This document shows, piece by piece, positions 36,802 through 46,136 of a stretch of DNA of 56,157 nt (positions within the stretch are counted from its first letter, which is position 1; the number at the start of each line of letters is the position of its first letter). A program made the position numbers and the translations under genes. The stretch is taken from the IMG/VR virus record IMGVR_UViG_3300021962_006479; one strand, 5' to 3'. The notes beneath the pieces are model-generated. The model saw only the letters and a list, made by a program, of their open reading frames with translations, was not told the DNA's origin and made no database searches. Source of the stretch: an uncultured virus (IMG/VR IMGVR_UViG_3300021962_006479). Its lineage: Duplodnaviria > Heunggongvirae > Uroviricota > Caudoviricetes.

Positions 36802-37037
36802 TTAACGTAGAATTTTTTAATATGTGCCTTCGCACTATGATCGGGTAAAATACTTAGTACATAATTTGGTTCGTCATATTTTTTACAAAAAGCTTCACCT
36901 AATTTGTACTCACCTTTAATCTGTTCAAATAGAAACTCTTTGCAAAAATCAGCAAACTCTTGTTTACTAATCTTAAAATCTTTTTTACCTTTACCTAATG
37001 TCTGTATTCTTAATTGATCTACCATTTTATCAAACAT
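36798..37037 (-). CDS. Hypothetical protein
   Basis: ORF packing. Confidence 0.5.
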   Translation of the reverse strand: MFDKMVDQLRIQTLGKGKKDFKISKQEFADFCKEFLFEQIKGEYKLGEAFCKKYDEPNYVLSILPDHSAKAHIKKFYVK

Positions 37038-37038
37038 C

Positions 37039-37578
37039 TTAATCCCACAAACTTCTGTAATACTTACCAAATAGTTCTAAACCTTCTTGGATACGTGTCT
37101 CATGCAATTGATGACCAACATGGTCATACCAATGTTCATTGGGATTCTTGTCAACCATTTGCCAAGTTGCTTCATCCTTACCTGTAATAGGGTTTGGATA
37201 TAGTTTATCAGTCTTCAACCAATCATATTCACCCTTACCGTGATGATAGAATTTTGAGTAATCATCTTCGGCTAATTGCTGAAATGACCAGATCATTTTG
37301 TCTAGTATTTCGTCCCAGCGTTTGGCAGCGATTTCCCATGATTCATTGTGTGTTTCTTTATAGAAATCAAAACATTCTTGTTGACTCCAATCTTCCCCAC
37401 CTACATCATCTACTAAGCCACTAGGAACACCATGCTTAGTAGCTTTAAGCTGAATTAATGCAGGATAGATTATAATTGCAAGAGTGTGGTCTAAGCTCCA
37501 TGTATCATGTCGTTCAATTTGAACATTGATTTTTCTGCGACCACCTTTCTTGGGAAAAGGTTTAATATTAACTTTCAT
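37039..37578 (-). CDS. Phage hypothetical protein
   Basis: DTWSLDHTLA, WDEILDKMIWSF, GLELFGKYYRSLWD. Confidence 0.7.
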   Translation of the reverse strand: MKVNIKPFPKKGGRRKINVQIERHDTWSLDHTLAIIIYPALIQLKATKHGVPSGLVDDVGGEDWSQQECFDFYKETHNESWEIAAKRWDEILDKMIWSFQQLAEDDYSKFYHHGKGEYDWLKTDKLYPNPITGKDEATWQMVDKNPNEHWYDHVGHQLHETRIQEGLELFGKYYRSLWD

Positions 37579-37919
37579 CCGTTATACTCTTGATACTTTC
37601 CGTTAGTAAAGATAAAAATTTTAGTGTCGTGTATTACCGTAGCAACAGTAATGTTCTTATATTCATTACAAGACTTTGCTAAATCTTCAATAGAATTTGC
37701 TTGACAAATAAAATCATCCGTTTCTTTATCGTATAGATATAGCATGTTATCTATTTCTTCTATATTCAGTTTACGTACTAGAGTTTTTGATTTTTCTAAT
37801 TCAATAGAAGTAGGTAAAATATCAATTCTTTCATCTTTTAGTATCTTACGTAACTTCCAGATTGTATGCACATTGCCGATAATATATCCTACAACCAAAC
37901 ACACTATAATCTCAATCAT
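37575..37919 (-). CDS. Membrane-anchored hypothetical protein
   Basis: N-terminal TM. Confidence 0.55.
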   Translation of the reverse strand: MIEIIVCLVVGYIIGNVHTIWKLRKILKDERIDILPTSIELEKSKTLVRKLNIEEIDNMLYLYDKETDDFICQANSIEDLAKSCNEYKNITVATVIHDTKIFIFTNGKYQEYNG

Positions 37920-38197
37920 TTGTTAATCTCCAGATTAGACCACTGCTTTAGTTTTTCAAACTTTTTCATCTTAGCTGTTTGAACTCCCGTAACTGTCACA
38001 CCAATGTTCAAATCAGTTAACAACTCTACCATAGCAAATAGATCTCCAATTTCTTCTTCTAGCATATTTATGTTTGTAAAATCTTTACCTGGTTTCATTT
38101 GATCGGGTCCAAAACGAAAACATTTACTAATAGCTTGAGCTACTTCCGCACATTCTTCCTGTAGAATCAATAATACTTCTCTAGTTTCTTCATTCAT
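37916..38197 (-). CDS. MazG-like NTP pyrophosphohydrolase
   Basis: LQEECAEV...SK..RFG, LEEEIGDL. Confidence 0.75.
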   Translation of the reverse strand: MNEETREVLLILQEECAEVAQAISKCFRFGPDQMKPGKDFTNINMLEEEIGDLFAMVELLTDLNIGVTVTGVQTAKMKKFEKLKQWSNLEINK

Positions 38198-38424
38198 TTT
38201 TTATTCCATCGATAGTTATTTAATTCTGAAATTACTTCTTCAACTGTTTCTTCTACTTCCCATGTACCATGAGGAGGGCAAAATACGTAAGTAACGTTTT
38301 CAATAATACCATCTTGTTTTTTAACAAGATTGGCCGTGTTATAAACAGTAGCAATTAGGTCAATGTTTATTGCAATTTTATTGCCTTTGTGTGCTTCGTT
38401 AGCATTTGTTAGTGATATGAACAT
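38194..38424 (-). CDS. FlbD-like small protein
   Basis: MFISLT...IAINIDLI...VEETVEEV resembles the FlbD family. Confidence 0.45.
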   Translation of the reverse strand: MFISLTNANEAHKGNKIAINIDLIATVYNTANLVKKQDGIIENVTYVFCPPHGTWEVEETVEEVISELNNYRWNKK

Positions 38425-38936
38425 TATATTTTCTTTGACTTAGCTACTACATATTTTTCGTGATAGGATTTCCAATCACTTAGATAGTCCGTATGTTTAA
38501 TCCAACGATGTATGCCTTTTTTAGTTTGTACTAAAAATCCCCATTCACGTTGTTGCTTCCCCATAAAAAATAGTGTTGTTACAGGACCTACATTTTCATC
38601 AAGTTCAAGCCAGTGATATTCACCTGCACTACGTTTAATGATACTACCAGGACCACGCCATGTTTGAAATTCTGTAAGAATTTTGCCATCATTATTAAAC
38701 ACAGGTGTATGCTCCCAATAACCACCTTTCAATATAATAGTTATGTAAGCCCAGGGATGATCATGCATAATAGGATCATCACTACGAACAATCTTGTGTA
38801 ATGTGACATTAAAGGGGAAACAAATACGGTCTTTGAGAAAAAGATAATAACGGTGCATATAGTCAGCACCTGTTCTACGATCTGGGATAAGGCGGTATCT
38901 GCCTAACTTATTCATAATCTTGTGAAACAAACTCAT
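38424..38936 (-). CDS. Cupin-like protein
   Basis: LHKIVRSDD..HDHPW...ILKGGYWEH...H.LEL. Confidence 0.65.
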   Translation of the reverse strand: MSLFHKIMNKLGRYRLIPDRRTGADYMHRYYLFLKDRICFPFNVTLHKIVRSDDPIMHDHPWAYITIILKGGYWEHTPVFNNDGKILTEFQTWRGPGSIIKRSAGEYHWLELDENVGPVTTLFFMGKQQREWGFLVQTKKGIHRWIKHTDYLSDWKSYHEKYVVAKSKKI

Positions 38937-39006
38937 AGAAACTCCTTAGACAGATATTAAAAATTTTGAACGGGCTTCAGGTGCCCGCTAAACCTTTTAC
39001 TGTTGA

Positions 39007-39249
39007 TTAAACAGTTTGTGACAATGCACGATAGCCGGCAGCAACCACTGCACGACTAGGAGTACCCAAACGATACTTCACAGTACCTTTAGTCTCGTTT
39101 GCATAGACTGCAAATCCACCACGCAAGCGTAAATCGCTCACAGTAGCAGTTGGATTAGCAATACCAAATCGTGACTTAATTTGGGCTGCGGTGAGTTGCT
39201 CACCTTTTGAAAGTGCCTGTACTAGGCGTTCGCTTTTAGTAATCATCAT
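39007..39249 (-). CDS. Winged HTH DNA-binding protein
   Basis: LTAAQIKSRFGIANPTATVSDLR; AAAGGA RBS before ATG 39249. Confidence 0.65.
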   Translation of the reverse strand: MMITKSERLVQALSKGEQLTAAQIKSRFGIANPTATVSDLRLRGGFAVYANETKGTVKYRLGTPSRAVVAAGYRALSQTV

Positions 39250-39367
39250 ATTTTTCCTTTTAAATATTTCGTTGTTTTCACAACGTACATGAATTATAAC
39301 ACTACTACGAATAAATCTCAAGATATATGGTTACCTAGGTAACCGATTTTTGTTAGCAATATAGCCA

Positions 39368-40075
39368 TTAATTTCTAACATAACGTCTATTTCCACCGAT
39401 CAATCCTTCAACACCTATTACAGGAATCTCTTGTATAAGGTCCTGAGGAATCAGAAGGTACATAAGGTGCTCAATATCAGCATATTTTCCGTTGGTAATA
39501 CGATCCTTTAACTCAATGATAGCATCAAAATAAAACTGTTTAATTCGTTCATGGTGTTGAACAGGCCATGACCATAATCTAGATACATATTGATGTGGAA
39601 TATTAACACGTTCCCCAAATGGTGTGGGAAGTTTTTCTGTAATGATAATTTTATCTGGATACTTCTCATACACAGATAGGTCAAAATCATCAGTCAATAA
39701 GTATCTTCCTGACAACTTATGTATCCTATCAATACCGTCAAGCACTCCGGTTTTATCCATCAGCTTAAACCCCTCACTAAAACACATAATCTCACATGCG
39801 TTTTTTACAATATCCCAATTAGGTGTACTGCTATGAATCCTGTATACCTCAGGGCTCTTGCTCATATCGACTAAGCAATGTACTACTCCGTGTAATGCGT
39901 CAACAATTTCCTTGTCTAAAGGGTAGCCGCTAGACTCAATCACTGCTAATCTAGCACCTGGCACTCTGTCATACACCGACTTAAAGGTTCGGTAAGTTTG
40001 AAGCAATCTTTGGTTACTATCAAACACACCAAACTTTGTGTTAATTGCACTACTAATAACAAATAAATGGTTCAT
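39368..40075 (-). CDS. Hypothetical protein (possible glycosyltransferase-like fold)
   Basis: 235 aa; KLSGRY motif. Confidence 0.45.
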   Translation of the reverse strand: MNHLFVISSAINTKFGVFDSNQRLLQTYRTFKSVYDRVPGARLAVIESSGYPLDKEIVDALHGVVHCLVDMSKSPEVYRIHSSTPNWDIVKNACEIMCFSEGFKLMDKTGVLDGIDRIHKLSGRYLLTDDFDLSVYEKYPDKIIITEKLPTPFGERVNIPHQYVSRLWSWPVQHHERIKQFYFDAIIELKDRITNGKYADIEHLMYLLIPQDLIQEIPVIGVEGLIGGNRRYVRN

Positions 40076-40920
40076 ATATCAATAAATTTTAATTTAAAAA
40101 CTTCTGCTTGCGGGTCAGCCCCTAAATACCCGCGTGGATTACAAACCACTCTTGTTGTTCCAATCATGTAATCAAATGGGTCATGCATGTGACCGTGTGT
40201 CCATAATACAATCTCAGGATGATTTAAAATGAACTCACTCAATTCACTATGATAACCACCATTCATTATAGAATGAACGTTGTGTTTATATCTATCATGG
40301 GTACTCATTGCACTGGGAGCATGATGCCCAACAAATACAATCTTATTGTATTTAATATCAGGAAGAACTGCTTTCAAATAACCTAGTGTTTCTTGGTGAC
40401 GTTTTACAGTATGTGCAGGACGTAATTTACTGTAATTTAAATCATCATTACGAATGACACGGTAATCATTCATCATGTCGGATAATGCATGTAATGTTAA
40501 TGGGTCACTTTTATTACAATCAGTCCATAGTGTAGCACCAATAAAGGACACTTCATTGATAACCTTAATCTCACGTTCCAAAAAGTAAACGTTAGGATAT
40601 CTGGCACATTCAGTACGTAGATGTTCTAAACTTTGATTCCATCTGCCGTGATAGAATTCATGGTTACCTGCAACATAAACAACATGAGGGAACTCATTGC
40701 TTACTCTACTGAGAAAATTACGGAATCGTTGTGCGGCTTTTTGTCTTGTACCTAATTCAGTATAAGATTCGTATGGGCTAACTACAGTAGGAGGATGATT
40801 ATGTAAATCTTCCGCTAACATAATGTCACCTGAAAGGATAAGAACCTCAGCATTTTCTATATTGATGAGGTTGATATCTTCGAATTCTAAGTGTAAGTCA
40901 CTACACAATGCTATCTTCAT
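40072..40920 (-). CDS. Calcineurin-like metallophosphoesterase
   Basis: SDLHLE, SGDI, AGNHEFY, HHAP, HGHMH. Confidence 0.9.
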   Translation of the reverse strand: MKIALCSDLHLEFEDINLINIENAEVLILSGDIMLAEDLHNHPPTVVSPYESYTELGTRQKAAQRFRNFLSRVSNEFPHVVYVAGNHEFYHGRWNQSLEHLRTECARYPNVYFLEREIKVINEVSFIGATLWTDCNKSDPLTLHALSDMMNDYRVIRNDDLNYSKLRPAHTVKRHQETLGYLKAVLPDIKYNKIVFVGHHAPSAMSTHDRYKHNVHSIMNGGYHSELSEFILNHPEIVLWTHGHMHDPFDYMIGTTRVVCNPRGYLGADPQAEVFKLKFIDI

Positions 40921-41050
40921 AAATTCTTTTTAATATTCTCAATTACTTTTTTTGCGTCTTTTAGACCACTTAGTTCAATTCTTAACTCTAAAAGTTTTTC
41001 AGCATGTGTCACCCATGATGTATAACTTTGTGACCAATTGATAATGTATT

Positions 41051-41380
41051 TCATACTAACTCCATAATATGTTTACAATTACCACGATACATAAATCCAG
41101 GGCATGTGCATGTTTTATCTTCGGTGTCAATAGAATATATATTACCTTTACTGCCGGTCACTTTGATAATTGTACTCTTTTCTTTAACTGCCTTGAAAGG
41201 ATTGGGTTTAGCTGTTACAAACTTACGACCACGCTTGTCGATTGTGATCGGGTTTTTAAAATATACAGGAGTAGTAGAACCAACCTTGATGTATGCAACC
41301 ATTTTGCTACCGTCGAGCAAGTAAGTATGATTAGCATTGTTGCTATCATTCCATACTGTTGTTTCTACTACTGCTTCCAT
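41051..41380 (-). CDS. SWIM zinc-finger protein
   Basis: CTCPGFMYRGNCKHI (CxC...CxH). Confidence 0.75.
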   Translation of the reverse strand: MEAVVETTVWNDSNNANHTYLLDGSKMVAYIKVGSTTPVYFKNPITIDKRGRKFVTAKPNPFKAVKEKSTIIKVTGSKGNIYSIDTEDKTCTCPGFMYRGNCKHIMELV

Positions 41381-41381
41381 A

Positions 41382-41879
41382 TTAATAAGCTACCTCGTCT
41401 GTTTCTTCTTGTGCAATACGATCTTCTTCGTCTTTAATTGCGGACTCTAACGTAACAAAGGCTCCGTCGTGGTCACAAACAAACCAAACAGCTTTGCCAT
41501 CAATGTTGCGCAGGATATAGTCATATTCCTGATGTTCGCACTTATTAAAATAATCATTGATATCATTGTAATAGCGAGCCTCGCAAGCTACTTCACCACG
41601 ATCACGACCATAGAATGTAGTCATGTCTTTATACAAATGAGAATATTCAACCAATGTCATGTCTTCCACATCATAGTGACTGAAGGGATGTTTTGTACCA
41701 ATTTGTGGACGCAAACTTGACAAGTCACCGAGGTCAATCAAGTCACGCAAGATAAAGGGATTAGAATAGTACTCCATCAACATTTTACCGTTGTGAGCCA
41801 AGTAACCATCCCAGTGACAATATACCTGACCGATAGTACCATCAGCGAATTCTAATGCGATTGTAGAACGAGTAGCCAT
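41382..41879 (-). CDS. Phage hypothetical protein
   Basis: MATRS.I, YCHWDGY, FYGRDRGE; own promoter cassette. Confidence 0.7.
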   Translation of the reverse strand: MATRSTIALEFADGTIGQVYCHWDGYLAHNGKMLMEYYSNPFILRDLIDLGDLSSLRPQIGTKHPFSHYDVEDMTLVEYSHLYKDMTTFYGRDRGEVACEARYYNDINDYFNKCEHQEYDYILRNIDGKAVWFVCDHDGAFVTLESAIKDEEDRIAQEETDEVAY

Positions 41880-41942
41880 TTTGTAAGTCCTTTATTTAAC
41901 TGTTTAAGATTCTATTATATACCCAAAGTGATTTATTGTCAA
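41880..41942 (-). repeat. Promoter-RBS cassette repeat
   Basis: TTGACAATAAAT-N11-TATAATAGAATCTTAAACAGTTAAATAAAGGA. Confidence 0.85.
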
Positions 41943-42142
41943 CCTTTTCGTAGTGCATCAAAAATCATATTTTGAAGCTGGGCCACGTCCTCGTCCGGTA
42001 CGTAGAAGTCGGTCAGTGGGTCGTAATACTCACCTTGTTTGTTGTCATAATACAACACTTGACCATTTGGGTAGTGAAAGGGTCCTTCGAGACCTTTACG
42101 TGGCCCGAATTCTTTATTGTGTTTGAAAACAGTATACGCCAT
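41939..42142 (-). CDS. Hypothetical protein
   Basis: GLEGPF...LYYD...GEYYDP; AAGGA RBS. Confidence 0.65.
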   Translation of the reverse strand: MAYTVFKHNKEFGPRKGLEGPFHYPNGQVLYYDNKQGEYYDPLTDFYVPDEDVAQLQNMIFDALRKG

Positions 42143-42150
42143 ATAAATCC

Positions 42151-42423
42151 TTAAACTAAATCAACTTGAACCTGTTTGCCACGAATAGTAGCACACAGAC
42201 CTACGGGCACAAGTCCGCCATGTTTCTTTTCCATGTAACGCATGTAAGACAATTTCAGCAATGCTTCCCAGCAAACTGTACGGGCCGTAACAGTAGCAAA
42301 TTGCTCGGTCATTTGCTTGATGGTCATATACATACCGATATCGTTTTCGGATCCGTCACCCTTAAAAATTACACGGAATTTCTGTGAGTTTTTGAATCCG
42401 TCGATGATAGTTGGTGTACGCAT
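42151..42423 (-). CDS. Hypothetical protein
   Basis: Directly downstream of a promoter cassette. Confidence 0.65.
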   Translation of the reverse strand: MRTPTIIDGFKNSQKFRVIFKGDGSENDIGMYMTIKQMTEQFATVTARTVCWEALLKLSYMRYMEKKHGGLVPVGLCATIRGKQVQVDLV

Positions 42424-42484
42424 TTGTAGTCCTTTTCTTTACTGTCTAAGATTCTATTATAGCACAATGCCCATTTATTGTCAA
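42424..42484 (-). repeat. Promoter-RBS cassette repeat
   Basis: TTGACAATAAATGGGCATTGTGCTATAATAGAATCTTAGACAGT...AAAGGA. Confidence 0.85.
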
Positions 42485-42485
42485 A

Positions 42486-42746
42486 TTACATAGACCAGTA
42501 AGTCTCGCTAGCGGGGTTGCAACAGTTGGGGGTATCCGCATCAATTTGAACAAGTTTGCCGGTCATCAAGTTTTTGACGGTTTTCTTGGGAAAAACAAAG
42601 CCAGGGTTAAGAACCTTGAAGGCTTCCAAAGTCTTAGCGGTTTGTGCTAATGGGTTAGTTTCAATAAACTTAACCATTGAGATAAAACTCATACCCAAAA
42701 ATTCTGCATCTTTTTGGATAACTTTGATTGCTGTAACTTGTTTCAT
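42486..42746 (-). CDS. Hypothetical protein
   Basis: KNLMTGK...DTPNCCNPASETYWSM C-terminus. Confidence 0.65.
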   Translation of the reverse strand: MKQVTAIKVIQKDAEFLGMSFISMVKFIETNPLAQTAKTLEAFKVLNPGFVFPKKTVKNLMTGKLVQIDADTPNCCNPASETYWSM

Positions 42747-42806
42747 TTGTGTCCTTTAGTTGACTGTTTAAGATTCTATTATATACCCAAAATCATTTAT
42801 TGTCAA
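42747..42806 (-). repeat. Promoter-RBS cassette repeat
   Basis: TTGACAATAAAT-N11-TATAATAGAATCTTAAACAGTCAACTAAAGGA. Confidence 0.85.
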
Positions 42807-42809
42807 ATT

Positions 42810-43097
42810 TTAACGTTTGTCGCAATACTCAAAAAGTATCCATTTTGCACGGTTCAGGGCTTGCCGGGCGTCTTCGGCTCGCATATAGTCAATGTCACCG
42901 TACTCGGTATTAATCATTTCCTGTGCATCGGACATGAGACTAGCGGCCATCATAGCAGGACCAGAATGACGAAAAGTAATACTTTGTTCTACAGCCTGAC
43001 GCATACCTGCTTCGGTAACGCCATACATGCGGACTTGACGTTTTTCTTGCTCATTTAGAGTAATCATTTCGCCCAGTGTATCGTATCGTAAACCCAT
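42810..43097 (-). CDS. Hypothetical protein
   Basis: Start reassigned to ATG 43097 after AAAAGGAG of the cassette. Confidence 0.65.
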   Translation of the reverse strand: MGLRYDTLGEMITLNEQEKRQVRMYGVTEAGMRQAVEQSITFRHSGPAMMAASLMSDAQEMINTEYGDIDYMRAEDARQALNRAKWILFEYCDKR

Positions 43098-43101
43098 TGC
43101 T

Positions 43102-43156
43102 AACTCCTTTTGACTGAATAAGACTCTATTATAGACCCAAAACCATTTATTGTCAA
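43102..43156 (-). repeat. Promoter-RBS cassette repeat
   Basis: 52/55 identical to 11032-11086 (inverted). Confidence 0.85.
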
Positions 43157-43419
43157 ATTCTGTATGAGCAATAACCACGGATTTTGCTTTGTTTATTGGT
43201 AAAGCTTTCGTTGAATTTTATTTCATAACCCTTGGCTTTAAGAGCCGCCAACAATGTTGACAGGTCACAGTCTTCCTCAAGGAAAGCATTAGTACCATTT
43301 TGATAGCTGTAGGGAGTAATCTTGTCGGCAATACCAAGACTAACCAACTTAGCTTTGGGGAAACGTGCCCAAGCGTGTCCTGGGTCACCAAATACTTTGA
43401 TAGAAATTTTCTTAGTCAT
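43153..43419 (-). CDS. Phage hypothetical protein
   Basis: DPGHAW ... FLEEDCD motif. Confidence 0.7.
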   Translation of the reverse strand: MTKKISIKVFGDPGHAWARFPKAKLVSLGIADKITPYSYQNGTNAFLEEDCDLSTLLAALKAKGYEIKFNESFTNKQSKIRGYCSYRI

Positions 43420-43480
43420 TTACTGTCCTTTATTTAACTGTCTAAGATTCTATTGTATACCCAAACCCATTTATTGTCAA
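43420..43480 (-). repeat. Promoter-RBS cassette repeat
   Basis: TTGACAATAAAT-N11-TACAATAGAATCTTAGACAGTTAAATAAAGGA. Confidence 0.85.
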
Positions 43481-43482
43481 AT

Positions 43483-44079
43483 TTAGGACATGTTGCGTTT
43501 TTGCAACACTTTATCAGCTAGGCCATATGCTACGGCCTCACTTGCACTCATAAAATAGTCACGTTCCATGTCTTTTGCAAGCTCCTCAAACGATTTTCCT
43601 GCACTATTATGGTCTACATAGATTTGTGTCAATGTCTTTTTCATGGCTAAAATCTCTTTAACCTGAATTTCCATATCAGTAGCTTGACCACGTGCGCCAC
43701 CTGAGGGCTGGTGAATCATATGTCGTGCATTGGGCAGGATAAAACGCTTACCTTTAGCTCCTGCTTGACCAAGCAAACTACCCATTGAACAGGCTTGACC
43801 CATAACAATTGTTTGTACATCAGGGCTAACAAATTGCATACAATCATAGATTGCCATACCAGCAGTAACTGAACCACCTGGACTATTGATATACATTGAA
43901 ATATCTTTATGACTATCTTCACTTTCTAAGAACAATAGTTGGGCAACAATTAAATTTGCCATTTGGTCATGTACTTCGCCTTCAAGCAAAATTACACGGT
44001 CACGCATCAAACGTGAATAAATGTCGTAACTACGTTCACCTTTACTTGTAGTCTCAACAACGATAGGCACTAAACTCAT
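43483..44079 (-). CDS. clpP: Clp protease proteolytic subunit
   Basis: [35 protein letters not shown] (S), MIHQP (H), MERD (D). Confidence 0.97.
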   Translation of the reverse strand: MSLVPIVVETTSKGERSYDIYSRLMRDRVILLEGEVHDQMANLIVAQLLFLESEDSHKDISMYINSPGGSVTAGMAIYDCMQFVSPDVQTIVMGQACSMGSLLGQAGAKGKRFILPNARHMIHQPSGGARGQATDMEIQVKEILAMKKTLTQIYVDHNSAGKSFEELAKDMERDYFMSASEAVAYGLADKVLQKRNMS

Positions 44080-44161
44080 ATCTTTCCTTTATTAAAAATT
44101 TGCGATAAATACTAAATCGGTGCTATAATTAGCACTTCATCAACTATTTGAGATATTATAT

Positions 44162-45241
44162 ATGAGATACATTGAATTTGCAAACACTTTGGTTGAAGCA
44201 AAAGCCCCGACAGTAGTGAACTCGCAAGAACCATCGCCCGTTACAAAGGCACAGGTTGAACAAGTATTACGTCAAGCAGGGTATGAAGACTTAAAACCTA
44301 ATGGTAATGTAATCGGCGTAGTTACACAGATACCAGACGGTGCTAAAAAGGGTGAGTTTAGGTCATCGTTGCTACAAGATGTTTTGGCTATATTGAAAAA
44401 GTATTTACCAGATGCAGGTCCAGAGTATTCGGCAGCGGCCAAGAGTAGCTTAGGTGGTGTCGTTTTTGGTGACGGTAGCCCTGTACAAGTTATTATTAAA
44501 GATGCAGGTCAACAGGGTGAAAAGAGTGCTGGTGTAGGCAATGAAGCTGAAATTGCTTCATACTTAGCAAGTATGGTTGAGAAGTATGGACTAATCAATG
44601 TTACTTTTAAAGACCCACGTGGAAAAACAATGACAATTAAGAACGTTGACCAAGTATATCCAACTGGTTCTGACGTTGCTGAACGTAAGAAAGCAGATAT
44701 TGTATTAGCTAGCTCTAAGAGCAGATTACCTGTATCTATCAAAGAACTAAGTGCTGAAACATGGGAATCTGCTGATTCATTGTTTGGGGCCAAAGCACGT
44801 GAAATAATTGATAAATTAGTAAAAGATAAAGTAGTTAAACTTATATTACAACCTGACGGTAAAAGTTATTTCCTAAGTAAAGAGATTGTTATTGAACCTA
44901 CTGAAGAAGAAGCAATGAGTGCTATTTTTGGTAGTGACATTAATCCTCATGGTGGCATTGTTATCCAAGACTTTGAGCCTAAACATTATCATCAGGTGGA
45001 GAACAACATTAGTATTGAATGTCATGCTGTTATTACTCGTAAAGAAGATATCCCTACAAGTCACATGATGGTTTGGTTATTACGTAATAACAAAGGTCGT
45101 TTAAGTAAGGCTTTGGGTATTCGAGGTATCAGACCAATGGCATCTGTATTGAATCGTGCTATCGGTAAGAAGGGTACTAAAGATGTTATTCTTGTTGATG
45201 TTAACGGGAATGTAGTAGACAATCCTAATATCAAAAAGTAA
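44162..45241 (+). CDS. Late protein with PD-(D/E)xK nuclease-like motif; putative capsid-targeting N-terminus
   Basis: GVGNE...KADIVL.....LPVSIK; ATAAATA at 44105-44111; N-terminus MRYIEF. Confidence 0.5.
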   Translation: MRYIEFANTLVEAKAPTVVNSQEPSPVTKAQVEQVLRQAGYEDLKPNGNVIGVVTQIPDGAKKGEFRSSLLQDVLAILKKYLPDAGPEYSAAAKSSLGGVVFGDGSPVQVIIKDAGQQGEKSAGVGNEAEIASYLASMVEKYGLINVTFKDPRGKTMTIKNVDQVYPTGSDVAERKKADIVLASSKSRLPVSIKELSAETWESADSLFGAKAREIIDKLVKDKVVKLILQPDGKSYFLSKEIVIEPTEEEAMSAIFGSDINPHGGIVIQDFEPKHYHQVENNISIECHAVITRKEDIPTSHMMVWLLRNNKGRLSKALGIRGIRPMASVLNRAIGKKGTKDVILVDVNGNVVDNPNIKK

Positions 45242-45733
45242 TTAGCATTTGAACAAGCTTTGATGCTTATACCAACGGCGCTGAGAATGCGCCGTTTTTA
45301 ATGGGATATTGTGTTCTTTTAATAAATCACGAAACTGAAAGAAACTTGGACCATGACTCATAATAGCATTTAATCCCTCTGCCTCACGTTCAGGCCCTGC
45401 TATATCCCATTGATATTGATGAACCATTTCATGTGCCAATGTAGCTATCATCCATTGTGGACTAATCCACTTGTCCATAAGTTCAATCTTACAATAACTA
45501 CCGTTTTTTAACTTGTCATGTGATCCTATACACATTCCCCAATATTTTCTACATCTTGATTTTAGTATGAGTTCCGGTTTTTTTAACATATTATGAAAAA
45601 CATTATCGTTTATCAGTGTATAAACGTGTGAAACTTGCCATTGTGAGGGCCTAAACATTAGACGTTTTTGCTCACGCATAGTGGGTAATGGCAAAGCCAT
45701 TAGTTCTTTTAGAGTAGGTGATCCGTGAAACAT
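45242..45733 (-). CDS. SprT-like metalloprotease
   Basis: TLAHEMVHQYQ ... SHGPSF. Confidence 0.75.
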   Translation of the reverse strand: MFHGSPTLKELMALPLPTMREQKRLMFRPSQWQVSHVYTLINDNVFHNMLKKPELILKSRCRKYWGMCIGSHDKLKNGSYCKIELMDKWISPQWMIATLAHEMVHQYQWDIAGPEREAEGLNAIMSHGPSFFQFRDLLKEHNIPLKTAHSQRRWYKHQSLFKC

Positions 45734-45807
45734 AGTACTTGTATTTATGATTATAAATTTTATCTTTATGGTTTTCCTAGAGTAAATAGATGTATAAGGA
45801 GAAAATT

Positions 45808-46128
45808 ATGTTAAACTTTTTGAAAAAATTATTTGGTGTTCCTGAAGCCAAACCTGTAGAAACAACTGAGGCAAACGTGTCAGCCCCGTACAAAGTACCG
45901 GAGCCGGCAGCTACTACACCAATTCCTTTGGTTGTCAATTCTGCACCAGCTGTTGAAACCGTTGTAGTTGTTCCAGAAGCTGTAGTACCTGCAGGGGTAG
46001 TTGAGCAAGCACCGATATCTAAAAAGCCAAAAGCCCCAGCAAAGCCAAAAGCCCCAGCAAAGCCAAAAGCCCCAGCTGTTGCTAAAAAAGCCCCAGCAAA
46101 ACCCAAAGCACCAAAAGCTACCCAGTAA
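45808..46128 (+). CDS. Pro/Ala/Lys-rich low-complexity protein
   Basis: AAGGAG RBS; amphipathic MLNFLKKLFG; KPKAPA repeats. Confidence 0.6.
   Translation: MLNFLKKLFGVPEAKPVETTEANVSAPYKVPEPAATTPIPLVVNSAPAVETVVVVPEAVVPAGVVEQAPISKKPKAPAKPKAPAKPKAPAVAKKAPAKPKAPKATQ
46023..46076 (+). repeat. 3 x 18-bp tandem repeat AAAGCCAAAAGCCCCAGC
   Basis: Read directly from the sequence; encodes KPKAPA. Confidence 0.9.
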
Positions 46129-46136
46129 TAAACTGC

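Noticed and set aside
40917..41054. Possible second frameshifted small gene (MKYIINWSQ...LELR / IELSGLKDAKKV...) on the minus strand
   Set aside because: Too short and without a recognisable family, so it cannot be supported
41880..43480. Regularly recurring repeats as a CRISPR array
   Set aside because: The repeats are promoter-RBS units separated by whole genes of 260-480 bp, not 30-40 bp spacers; no cas genes in the window
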